From contig OX638149.1 of NCBI GenBank assembly GCA_951804945.1, positions 101,618,001 through 101,682,000 on the forward strand: a stretch of DNA of 64,000 nt, in the 5' to 3' direction. Under the pieces are notes generated by a model, which was given only the letters and a program-made list of their open reading frames with translations, did not search any database and was not told where the DNA came from. The first letter of the stretch is position 1. The number at the start of each line of letters is the position of its first letter. A program made the translations under genes and the position numbers. Below, in pieces: positions 11,895 through 23,335 of this stretch. Origin of the DNA: Podarcis cretensis (taxonomy: Eukaryota).

Positions 11895-12914
11895 TGTTAT
11901 GGGTTTGTATGAGGCAATGATCTCCTAAAAGTCCTGGGTGCCAGCTTCTCTCCATAATTTCTGAAATTGGTAAATGTGCGGTTTGAAGTCAAGCCAGCTT
12001 CCTCAGGAGCTGGACTTACGAGAAGTGCCATCCAATAACAAAGGCAAGTGATAGCAGAGTCATTACCCTGACATTCAGCATCATACAACAAAGGGGGAGG
12101 TTGCCAGGGTAACAAGGGGGTGTGATGTCACTGCAGGAAAAGAGGGTGTTCTTTTACACTGAGGTTTTTTGTCAAGGCATTCTGGGAACAAGACAGAGGA
12201 AGTAGGGAGAACTCAATGCTCTGAGAACCCGGGGTGGCTGAGGCTACGAGAGGAGCAACGAGGGACGCTCTTGGGTATAATGTTCTGCACCCACTCCATT
12301 TTAGGCCTTAGGTGTAAATATGTGTAAAATGAACCATACTTCTGAAAGAGGTTAGTCCCTGCTGTGCCTTGATTTCCCAAAAGAAACATAACCCTGGGTG
12401 AGCGTCCGGAACCCCCCTTACCAGAGCCGTCTTTCCCATTGGTCTTAGTGGTTCGTTGCGCCAGAGCGCTGGCCTCTCAGGGGTGCCCTAGTAAGTGGGG
12501 GAGCTGCACTGCTTTGCCGACAGCCTCCCCTTTCCCTGCATGCCCGCCAGCTGCGCCCCGCCAACTATATGGCTGGCAGGCATGCAGCTTTCTTCCCAAG
12601 CCTCTGCATCGGCCCTGCTCCCAATCGTTGTCCTCCTTCTGCTTCCTGGTGAAAGGCGGTGTGCAGCCTTCCTGGGTCGCCTTCTTGGGCGCCCCGACAC
12701 CAGACAGCATGTCTGCCAGCATGTTTTCCTGCTTGATCGCCACCACGCCAGGGATCGGGGTGGTGGGGGAGGCAGAGGACATTTTCCACCACCCCCTCCC
12801 TTGTTTTGGAGTTGCCAGGGAGGCGCTGGAGGGATCTTTGCACCACGGTGCCAGATATGCCCTGCCCCTTACATCTTGCTAACGCTTGGCAGAGATTGAT
12901 ATTGGTGTGTAACA
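11895..12914 (+). mobile_element. Solo LTR (Gypsy-like) with nested hAT insertion
   Basis: TGTTA...TAACA termini; 4-bp TSD ATAT (11891-11894 and 12915-12918). Confidence 0.75.
12422..12864. mobile_element. Non-autonomous hAT element with GC-rich interior
   Basis: CAGAGCCGTCTT...GCCCTG; perfect 8-bp TSD CCCCTTAC (12414-12421 and 12865-12872); terminal regions shared with 29986-30285. Confidence 0.88.
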
Positions 12915-13981
12915 ATATAGGTCAGGTTCACTGCATAAGACAGTTAACAAGCAGGGACTCCTTCAGTACTTGAAAGGTGTTGCCTTGAGTTTGGAAGCAA
13001 AAAATATTCCACCAACATTCTATCTTTGATTAAAATCATTTTTGTGTTTCTTAGTCATCACAAGCAAAGCTTGTCCTTATCACAGATCTTTTCTAGCAAA
13101 TCTACCACTGTAGAGGGATATCTGAAAACAAATTAGGGCTTATATTTGTACAGGATATTTAGTGTCAAACTGAGCATGGATACATGTTTGATGTATATAT
13201 TATTTCATGTCATAAAACAAAAAGATGTAAGAATAAGGCAAAAGCTATCCCTTTAATGTATACTCCTTTTCATGTGTTTGACTTTTAATCCATCTACTCC
13301 CTAGGTCCTACAGTAGCATTTATCTCCATGACTCTAAGCTTTTAAAGCGACAAACAAAAGCCATTATCTGTCGCTTGGATGAGCTCTTAGCTTCCTGTAC
13401 CCCTTATTAAATTCGCTGATATGCATATCAGTTGTGAATTACTGATCAGCACTGTTTTCAATTAAGCAGTCATGTGAATCTGAATTTGGTTCGCATGGCA
13501 CTTCTTTAGTACCAGTACCAGACTACATTACAACATTTCAGTCTTAATTTCCATCTGCAAAGTGGAAATAACACTAACATACTTTGCAGGGTTGCCCCAG
13601 AAGAAACCACAAATGGCATCCTAATAGCATAAGTTGTCATCCATAGAGGGCTGTTCAGACACGAATCCAAATTGACAACTACGGTAACCTGTGCTAAAGA
13701 ACCTACAAATGGTCCCAAGTTACCAAGTAGTTCAAATATTTTGCAATGAAAGCTTTGAATTTGAAAAAAGAACATCAAAGCCAGGCGACCTAATCCTATA
13801 TTCTTATGCACATACTGTACATGTTGTGCCAGCTGAGAGCAGGTTACAGTGTTAAGCTTCTTTTGTTACTGGTAGGGTCAGCAGAGCACCAGACACAGAC
13901 ATCAATGCAGTTGCAATACAAGTGGTGGGCAGTCCCTATTCCATGCCACTGCGCTATGCAAACAGCTTTTACTGACACTGA

Positions 13982-14151
13982 GGTGGAATCTACACACATA
14001 TAAAAAATGCTGTGAAAATGCTTTTTTAAAAAACGCTTTTAAAAATATATTGAATTTGGCATAGCCCACTATCACCATCTAGTGTCACATTTGTATATTG
14101 CACTTTACAACACACTTAAAACATTTTGTTTGCAGCTGTGTAGCTGAGTCC
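13982..14151. mobile_element. PIF/Harbinger-like MITE related to 4379-4536
   Basis: Termini GGTGGAATCTACAC / GTGTAGCTGAGTCC; flanks TGA/TGG; shares the internal tgtgacacYagaKggYg motif in reverse orientation. Confidence 0.6.
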
Positions 14152-15429
14152 TGGGGTAGAGGAATGGCAGCACTGTGGCTGGTATAATAAATTATAGCCT
14201 GAAGGTTTTCGGAATGGGCAACAGCACAACTTTTGCAGAGGAACAAACTTTTGATCTTTTACACTGAATATTCACTTCTGAAATGCCTCCATATTTTAAT
14301 AATTCATATTTTCTTTTGCAGATACAAAAGAAGAAGAAAACCCATAAAGACCACAATAAAGAAAGCAATCAAGTCAAGAACATCACTCCATGGGCCACTA
14401 CATAGTGATTCACCCCGATTGCAGTTATACACTCTGAATTTATAAATTAGGCTTTTAAATGTTTTATTTAAATTTTACAAACACTTATTTCCCTTGAAAT
14501 CAGTATTCATAAAGCAATTTCAGAATTTTGTTCTGAAATATACACGTTGCATAACGAATTGCACACTTTTTAAAAAAGTGATTTCTTTAAGTCAGAATAG
14601 TTGCATTGGATTTGCCAAGTACCTAACAATGGAAGCAATCAATAGAGTGACAACCCTGCATTTTTATTCAAGTTGTACAGATTTTGAGTGCCACTCTTTT
14701 GGCAGAGAACACAATCTATAAATATTAGAATAAAATAAATAGATCTAATGCTTGTGATGCTTCAGTATTTGTACATAAATAAGAACAGCTACCATTTTAA
14801 TGAGCTGATTTATAACCTTGCAATGTTACTAATTAGGCTTATTCACTCATTTAGCAGTTTTAACAAACATATACGGGGGAAGGGATCCCAGGAGCATAAT
14901 TCGTGTTGAGGGCTAAGACAAATTGCACTTTAAAAACTGCCAAATTAAATGAATTCTTTTCTTTTGACAACTGTTTGAATAGCACTTTATATCATAAAAT
15001 GCTGACGTTTTCTTAATACCATTCTTAATAGTTAATTAAAGATTCAAATTCTCAGAAATACAAAATGATTTGGTCTACTGAACCATTTCCCACTTTGACC
15101 ACCAAAACAGTGTAGGGCAGAGAATAACATTAAAAACCTTACATACTTTATGTGTGATCATGTGAATGCCAACGCAAAGCATTATCTGATATCGCACATC
15201 AATCAAATCCCTAAATGTGGAAGCAATAGTAAGTCTGCTATGGCTTTGCAGTTATGACTATTACCAAACATTTGCTCAAGATAAGCCAGATGAACATGTA
15301 TATACATTAAATATACATCTCAGGGTAGGCCAAAAGGTAGGAACCAGACAAATTATTAGTGAAGAATCACGAGGAATACCAAGGTGGATATGGAACCACT
15401 GCTAAACTGAATCTAGTCTGGCTCTGAAG

Positions 15430-15602
15430 CATGGGTACCAACTTAAATAAATATTTGGGGGCCAGGTAAGCCCCACCCTGCATAACTGATCACAAGAGGT
15501 GATGCATGCACACCATTTGAATGCCCATCAACTTGAGGGGGGGGCTTCAAATATTTTATGAGGGGGCAAAGGGACCTTGGTGTTTAGGAGCTGACTCCTA
15601 TG
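15430..15602. mobile_element. Degenerate hAT-type MITE
   Basis: Imperfect TIRs CATGGGTACCAAC / GCTGACTCCTATG. Confidence 0.5.
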
Positions 15603-15938
15603 CCCCGAAATGGGTTTAGAGAAGAGGGAAGTGGGTTGATGAATGAAGGTGAGATACCAAAAGTAGCATGGATGACAAATGCACAGAGGGGAGTCAGAGA
15701 AGATGATGTTGGAAAGGCAAAGTTGGGTACACTCATTTTATTTAACTGTGGCTACAGATGGGGTGTTTCCTAGCCATTCATATTCTGGCAATATGTCATG
15801 GTATGTGACGACGAGGACAGTTTATAAGTGGTAGTGATAGAACTGAGAGGAGGGAACTTTCAGAATCAGAAGAATTTCGTAGAACCCCAGATGCCCCTCT
15901 GCCCACAAGCCCCACCACGTTTTGAAGGAATGGGTTTC

Positions 15939-16582
15939 TGTGCAGTAAGTTTAAAACTGACTCAAACCCCCCCTTTTGTTCTTTCAAAAGAGAGCACTCT
16001 AAAATGCGTAAAACTTGAGCTGTTGAGCAAAAAGCATAACAAGGACACAGCTGCATAAACAAGCTCCCTCCTTTATCAGTCACGGCAAGGGATGACCCTG
16101 GTTCTCTAGGGGAACAGAGAAAACACGTCAGTACCTTATCTTATGTGCTGACCACAAAATACACAGACCAATGTCCTGGAAAAACGCCAGAAGCGTGTTC
16201 CCGGAGATGATGACCTCTTTCCTCCCAGATAAGAGTAGGAAGGAAGATCCTTTTATGGTCAGAAGTACAGGAAGGAAGATCCTTTTATGGTTGAGAATAC
16301 CAGAGCAGGAACATATGTGATGTCAACCTACGTACATAGGCCAACATGGTTGGGTTCCTAGGGGAGGAGGGAGAGGGTGCCTGGAGGATATATATACTGC
16401 ATGAAACTTCTCATTTCTTTGGACTTGCTGTGGACTTGATCACACAAGTGCCTTCTGCTATCCAGAGAGCAGAATAAACTCTTTATTTGAATCAACCTCG
16501 GTGTCATTTGACTTCCTTCCTCCTGCCCCAGAGCAACGCAGACCCAATCGGTGAACTCCAATAAGGCTACAGTTTTATAACA
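15939..16582 (+). mobile_element. Solo LTR (ERV-like)
   Basis: TATA-like box at about 16388-16396, AATAAA at about 16473, 3' end ...TATAACA, and a 23-bp direct repeat (16237-16259 and 16269-16291). Possible 4-bp TSD TTTC. The 5' boundary is uncertain and could extend to TGTCATGG at 15794. Confidence 0.65.
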
Positions 16583-16813
16583 TTTCCTTGCAAGACAGGG
16601 GGAAGAAAGCAAAGAACAGCCCCAATCCAGCTAAAGGTCAATAAAGCTATTAGAAAACTAAAAGGTTCTGCTTAAGCATAGAAGTGGTGAAACTTGCATT
16701 TAATGTATCCACAAGAGTAAATCCAAAAGTTAAAAATAATAAACAAACTCAACCACTATGACCCCTAAACCCCTGAAAGTGGGATGTTTCAAACCATCAT
16801 CAAATTCACTTAC

Positions 16814-16951
16814 CCCGACAATGTACGCCTTCATCATATCCATCAGGACAGTCATACACGCCATTGCAGAGTAGGGACAAGTGAATACATCTGTTGGTGC
16901 CAATACATTTAATATGATTCAGGGGACACTTGAATTCTGTTTCTTCAGGAC
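16814..16951 (-). CDS. LRP1B: LRP1B internal coding exon (probably exon 3), LDL-receptor class A repeat 2
   Basis: Minus strand reads tctttttttag|GTCCTGAAG...TGTCGGG|gtaagt, 138 bp, phase 1/1. It translates to (C)[45 protein letters not shown](E): six Cys plus a DCxDGxDE motif. Closely matches human LRP1B as recalled ([47 protein letters not shown]), much better than LRP1. An isolated exon in >60 kb fits the huge 5' introns of LRP1B. Confidence 0.95.
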
Positions 16952-17599
16952 CTAAAAAAAGAATAGATACAGACTAATTAATATGCATTCTGATTCTGTT
17001 CAAATAAATAAAGATTAGTAAAGCAAAGAAAGTACCCTACTGTCATGTATTTGCATAATATTTCCACTTTAATGCTAGCTGCAAGCTTTTCTATGCATTT
17101 GTCTACTATGCAGCTTTTCTGTGCATTACCAGCAGAATTATAGTCTCTTAATAAGGATTAACATAATTAAAAGAAAATCAACTGTTTAAAGAGGATTATT
17201 TTTTAAAAATGAAGACTATGCAATTTATCATTTTTATGGCAGGTTTACTTTTCTCTAAAGATTAGGGATGCTGAAAATTATATTTAGCAACGTTAAGGAC
17301 AGTGTGCAGATTGTTTTCAAATATTATTCAGTTCTTATTTTTCAATATGATTACAACACAAGCCTGCTAGTCTGTTATATAGGAGACCTTGGGCAAGGAC
17401 TTAACCATTTATAGCAGAGAAGGGTAAAACAACCTAAACAAAAATGCATTCATTATGACATATGGCAACATCAAGAACACCAAAATACTAATTATTACCG
17501 TGCCTTGGTAAATTATTGTTCTGTGCCCATTTGCTATGAATCAGATTATGTGCCTTAAATTAGTAATTGTGGGGCACAGCCCATTGGTGTGACCCATCA

Positions 17600-17938
17600 C
17601 AGACCCTCCAAGTCCAGGGATGTCCCTGATTTAGAGAAGCTATCCCAGTTTCTGATTTGATCTTGGAATGTCACACTTTTCCTAAGGATGTCCCTATTTT
17701 CATTGGAGAAATGTTGGAGGGTATGGAGTTATCTGACCCCCAAGCTGTCTGAAGCCAATCCTGTATAGGGAAGGGCTTTTTTTAATGTTTAATGTTTTAT
17801 GATGCTTAATGTTTTATATGTTGGAAGCTGCCCAGAGTGGCTGGTGCAACCCAGGAAGATATGTGGGGTATAAACAGTAAAATTATCATTATGGAATGGG
17901 ATGTCCCTATTTTCATTGGAGAAATATTGGAGGGTATG
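17600..17938 (+). mobile_element. Composite hAT-like MITE (same family as 6644-7039)
   Basis: CAGACCCTCCAA...TTGGAGGGTATG. The terminal block ggatgtccctattttcattggagaaatRttggagggtatg occurs twice, flanking an L2-like tail. Flanks CCATCA/CCATTG. Confidence 0.72.
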
Positions 17939-18467
17939 CCATTGTATTTCTGGGTGGGTTGCACAACTGGGAGGTTTTTAAAATGCCCTCCTCCATTTCC
18001 AGGGGCTGTTTCACCAAGCCAACAGTGTAACAATACTGTTCTGTAGCCCCTTTAAAATTCAGGATCACTCTCTCCCTCTATGTCTTGCTTAAATTCTGTT
18101 TGAATATATACTGCCAGCATATGCCCATACAATATACACTTGTTAACTATTGATGTGATATTCTTGCATTTTCTGTTGTAGAGCAGGAAAGTAGAAGGGA
18201 GAAGTAGGGATGGTAAGGTAAAGTTAAGTCACAGATGGGTCTCAAAATACTAAGTTTATAGGTGGGCCTCACATCAACATGTTTGATAAGTGCTGCATTA
18301 AATGTTAAGTTTGTTTGAAGTCCCAGATTGAGGAAATCTAACAAGCAGCTTGAAAGCTCACTCTGGTCCCCATGGGCTTCCCATCTGGCCCCAACATAGC
18401 TCATAATCCACAATTGTGGTTCATGCAATATTTCTGATTTAAACAAAGGACTGTTTATCAGCAACTT

Positions 18468-18540
18468 CCAGAGGGTAGCTCTGTTAGTCTGTTGCATCAA
18501 AAATAAAGTGCATTGTGGCACCTTAAGACTAACAAATTTG
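18468..18540. mobile_element. Penelope-like terminal fragment
   Basis: gggtagctctgttagtctg...tggcaccttaagactaacaaattt resembles 221-310. Confidence 0.45.
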
Positions 18541-19935
18541 CATGTACACAACTTCAAACACCAATGGTAGCAGCACACTGGAGCCAGAGTAAATGGTAAT
18601 GTGTACACAGTTTTAGGGGGTTTCCCCTAGAAAGGGTAAATTTGGATTAAACAGAGGGAAATACAACCTGGCATTTTGATGCCAACGATGTCATTGTATG
18701 CATGAGGAGCACTGAACACACAAGAAAGACCCATCTTGAAGCACACTGAGCCAGCCAAAGATGGATAAAAGGAGGAAGAGTTTAGTTCTTTTTCACATTA
18801 CACTGAAAATCAGAAAAGTTCTTTTATTCTATTGACAGAAAAATAATTTGCATCAGTCTTCCACAAGATTACCTTCCACTGTACTAAGTCAATTGGCTCT
18901 TATACTTCCTTCTGCTAAAATATACAGACTCTCCTATAAAGAGCACGAACATTCTGAAATCTTTAAAATATTATCTGACTTATCCCCCTGTGAAGGGGAT
19001 CACACAACTACTTGCAAAAGCCTATTTGTCTGTGAACAGGGGATGGTTTGAAGTGAAGATGAATAGACTCCCAGAAATATATATTAATAATGAAACTACA
19101 TTTCCAAGGGGAATTTTTTATTCTGTTTACAAAAACAAATAAGCAATAGATTAAGAGGGCTGATTAACATACAAATGTGATTATTCTGACATTGAGTGGT
19201 CTGGGTATATGTAGTTAATATTCTTTCTTGGCATATTGCTCTCTCAAGGCCAGGTAATATTGTAAAATAAAGTTATGCTAGGATTGAGTGAGAAAGCTTG
19301 TAAGCAAAGGGTTGGTTCATCCCTCCCTTCATTCAGGGTCACCTCATCCTAGGGGTTTTCAGTGCTCAGATGCTGGAAGAGGAATGCACTCAGTCAATCT
19401 TGATATTTTATTTCCTCAATATGGAAGATACTGGGAGAAAATATCCTGACCTAAGCAACTCTATGATGTGCTAAAGATGATCTTGTGGCCCGGATAAGAG
19501 CTTGTACTATGTTGCTATTCCTAGTTAACCTAGGCATCATACATTTAAGAAAATGAAGGTAGTTTGCCTGAGCTGGGCCCCTTATGTGTTTTGTAGGGTT
19601 TTGCAGAGTAGGTCAACACAGCTGCAAAAGTATAATTATAAAATTTCACTCTAAATTTAAAACGAGCTTTGCATGCCTTTAGGTTTGCCAATATGTGCAA
19701 CCATGCAGCTATTCAGAGGTGCATGGGGCGGGGCCTTGGGTTAGGAGACTCATAGTGACTAGGCTGCCATAATGTGGGTGACACCAACAGGTAGAAGAGA
19801 ACTGGAATTTAAGAGTTCATGCACAGTGACGGAAGATTTGTGGCACCCAAGAGCTGCATCCCTGTTCATGACAGCTTGGTAATGCATAAAGTCATCAGAA
19901 TTCCATGGGACTTAGTTCTCAGAAAACATGTATAG

Positions 19936-20071
19936 CAGTGATGGCCAAACTCAGCCCACCAGCTGTTTTTAGACTACAGTTCCCATCATCCATGACCACT
20001 GGTCCTGTTAGCTAGGGATGATGGGAGTTGTAGTCCAAAAACAGCTGGAAGGCCAAGTTTGGCCATCACTG
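19936..20071. mobile_element. Palindromic hAT (Charlie-like) MITE
   Basis: TIRs CAGTGATGGCCAAACT / AGTTTGGCCATCACTG, near-palindromic body, perfect 8-bp TSD ATGTATAG. Confidence 0.92.
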
Positions 20072-20143
20072 ATGTATAGGATCAGACTACATGTGAAAGG
20101 CAGATGTGTGAAAGGCCCCAACTAAGCTCAGATAATTGCATCC

Positions 20144-20145
<2 letters not shown>

Positions 20146-20209
<64 letters not shown>
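20146..20209. repeat. (GT)n(GA)n compound microsatellite
   Basis: Direct observation. Confidence 0.95.
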
Positions 20210-20212
<3 letters not shown>

Positions 20213-20642
20213 TGACTTTAGCATTCAATAAAGGGGACGGGCAAACAAGAGCACCCCTGACTGTAGGCTGCAAAGAAAGATGAAAGCTGCCTTTGCTACC
20301 TCAACATTCTGCCCAAGGTTCAGCAGGAACTCATCTTAAGGCACAGAGAAGTCAGGGCAGTAGAGAAAGGTTTGGCACTCCCCACCCTCAGGGCACTTCT
20401 CCTCAATGTGAAGCATTCCCCCACCCCTAGGGAATGGAATGGGACTACACACTCTCAGCAAGAATTACTGTGGAAAGAGCATTTACTGAGCTTTTACCTT
20501 TCTTACTGGGTTTTGCAAATGTCTCACCTAGGCTCTGGAAGGCTCTGGAAGTGGTAGCTTGGAGAGACCTGCAAGATCTTGCACTGGCTACTAAAGGCAA
20601 GACTGCTCATGTGAGGGTGGTTTCAGGGGCTCGTTCTGATTA

Positions 20643-20884
20643 TAGTGGTACCTCAGGTTAAGTACTTAATTTGTTCCAGAGGTCCGTACTTAACCTGAAA
20701 CTGTTCTTAACCTGAAGCACCACTTTAGCTAATGGGGCCTCCCGCTGCTGCCGCGCCGCTGGAGCCCGATTTCTGTTCTCATCCTGTAGCAAAGTTCTTA
20801 ACCTGAAGCACTATTTCTGGGTTAGCCAAGTCTGTAACCTGAAGCATATGTAACCTGAAGTGTATGTAACCTGAGGTACCACTG
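20643..20884. mobile_element. Tc1/Mariner (Tigger-like) MITE
   Basis: TA|TAGTGGTACCTCAGGTTA...TAACCTGAGGTACCACTG|TA with repeated TAACCTGA motifs. Confidence 0.88.
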
Positions 20885-21442
20885 TATAAGCAATTTCGGT
20901 TTTACATGCTATCCCCTGGAATGTAACCCCCATGCAAGATGTGATCCTAGTAGTATTACAAAAAAAGGTCAGTACAACAATGGAGTCAAAGTTTTAAAGC
21001 AATCAGAAAAAAATGTCACTCTACTTTAACATTTTCAATGTTGTTTTTGTCCCTACATATCTCTGTTCTTCCTCAATAAAACCACATCCTTCTGCTACTG
21101 GAACAGTCACATTACAATGAGAAGACGGAAATTATGTTCTCTCTCGAAATGATCTCATATATGACCATACAACATAATTCAATAATACATAATGCATTTG
21201 AGGACACTATGTATCAGGGAAAGACAGTTTGATATAAATCGTCTCAGATTTTAAATTGGTTTTTTAAAATAAAGAAATACAGATGAATCATTCTTTCGAG
21301 GGCTCACATTCTTTGCTGTTCTATAATTATCCCCTCTCCCTGTGGAAGTGCATATAAAAGTAGTTCTTAATGCAAGTTTTTGCCTGTCTGTGTTTGTACA
21401 TATGCATACAGAAAGTAACCACTATCATTTGGAAGTTTGGAG

Positions 21443-21859
21443 TGTCATGAGACAAAGATTCTTGAGAGCAGAAGAAGTAAGGCAAGGCCTACATGGCTTA
21501 CACAGTCATTCAAGCCTAAGCCTGTTAACTGTTAACAGCAAACTGCTAAGACACTGTGACTCGTGACCCATCTTGAGTGATGACTCATTCTCCCTATAAA
21601 AGCAGCCAGCCTCTCTGTGGGCCTCAGTGTCTGTCTGTCTAGCTCAGTGTGTGTGTTTGTGTTGTTCCAGACAGAGTGGCTCCAGGACTCCAGTTAATCA
21701 GCAACTAAGACTGTGCCTCTGTGAAGAGACAGATATATGCTCTGAGCACTCTGTGTATGCTCTTTAACTATGCTGTTTCTGAACAACTTAATTTTCTCTA
21801 GTAAAAGTTTTATTCTGTTTATGAAGAAGACTCTGTGATTAATTTATCGCTGCGTGACA
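21443..21859 (+). mobile_element. Solo LTR (Gypsy-like)
   Basis: TGTCATG...CGTGACA termini, 5-bp TSD TGGAG, TATAAAA at about 21595 preceded by TGACTCA, AGTAAA at about 21800. Confidence 0.85.
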
Positions 21860-23265
21860 TGGAGCAGGTGGTCATTCTTCAAATGATCATCCCATAATTA
21901 AGTGAAAGAGTGTTTGAGTTGGGTCCTGGATTTTGGGTTGCTTCCTGGATTTTATCTGAAAAATCAATCAAGTCAAGTCAGTCTACACATGTATAATTTG
22001 GTAATGTGAGGGATGGGGGGAGGTGTGTCAGGTGAACTGGGAGGCACTGTGTCTTGTCACTCCTACCGTGCTCAAGGGGGCCAATTGGATAAAGGATTGT
22101 CTTGTCCAGCCCTGAGACAGAGAGGAAAAAGAGAGGGAATGCTCTACTAATGTTACCTACAGCTTTCTGTAAAGAAAGCAATTTAAAATCCTTATTTCAT
22201 CAATATCACAATTCTAAATTTATTTATCCATGTGTGCTTAGCTTAATATTGTGAGGTACTGACTTGTCTAAGAACTTTAAAATCATAGGGAACATGGATC
22301 TCCAATGTACACACACCCAACATGAGCATACCACACTGTCCCTATATCTTCTAATGTTTTCTTTTTAAAATCAATTTGCAAATAATTACTCTGAGCACAA
22401 AATGAATCAGTTGCCTTTCCTACCCTCAGCCGTGCATTAAGAGTGGTCAGAGGGTGGCAGGGTGACCGTGTAGTGACCTCAGAGATGGGAGTCCTGGGTG
22501 AGAGAGGAGCTCTCCTTCCACTGACCTTGGATCTTTGTAGTTCCCCAAAAGGCCAGCCAGGACCTCACCTATCACAAGTCTTCAGATGCTTGTCATAATA
22601 TCCTTGGTACTGGCAATCAAAACAAAGGTTTCTCTGCAGTGGTTTTCATAAAGCAAGCACCTATGGACTCTCTCTGCAGTATTATCTGATGAAGTTGATT
22701 AATGACTGTAATTAAGATATTTAAGCTAGAAAGAGAAATCCATACAACTACCATTAGAACTATGTTTTATAAGCATAGGCTGAAATGGTAATGCTGTACT
22801 CCTGAAGAATACAGTATTTGGGCAATTGAATTTAAACCCATAAACAGGCAGTGGAAGGGGAATTCAAAGGGGTGCAAGCCTAATTATCATGCACTATACA
22901 CAGCAAATTAAAGGAATGAAGCTGAAGTCTTGGACACACTCCCCAGCCATGCCCAATTGCCCTTAGTCTGAAAAGGGCTGCCTTACTCACCCACAGGGCT
23001 CTGTGTGAACTATGACAGCCCCTTTCAGACTAGTATCAATCATACATCCTCCTGCACATTCCCATTTGACCATTCATGCATTCAAACTGAATGTCTGGAG
23101 ACAGCTTTGTTGAGGCTTAAAACTGAGTAAACATGGAAATCTTAACTGTTTGCACAATGTAGAAATTTTGGGAGGAAGAAAGCAAAAAGACAGTAAACAT
23201 TCAAGTATGGGGGGGGCATAAGCAAGTTGATAGCAAGTGATAACAAATATATCAGCATTCTCTTT

Positions 23266-23335
23266 CTAGAATCATAGAACTGTAGAGTTGAAAGGGACCC
23301 TGAGGATCATCTAGCCAATGCAGCAATCTCAACTA
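23266..23335 (-). mobile_element. CR1 3' tail fragment
   Basis: tagaatcatagaactgtagagttgaaagggaccctgaggatcatctag is the reverse complement of the CR1 3' end. Confidence 0.7.

Noticed and set aside
13550-13710. Possible minus-strand exon after ccatttgtag
   Set aside because: Weak polypyrimidine tract and no similarity to the EGF-like next LRP1B exon.
19936-20071. Long hairpin suggesting a miRNA precursor (also 55508-55643 and 39242-39360)
   Set aside because: Explained by MITE terminal inverted repeats and TSDs; no small-RNA evidence available.
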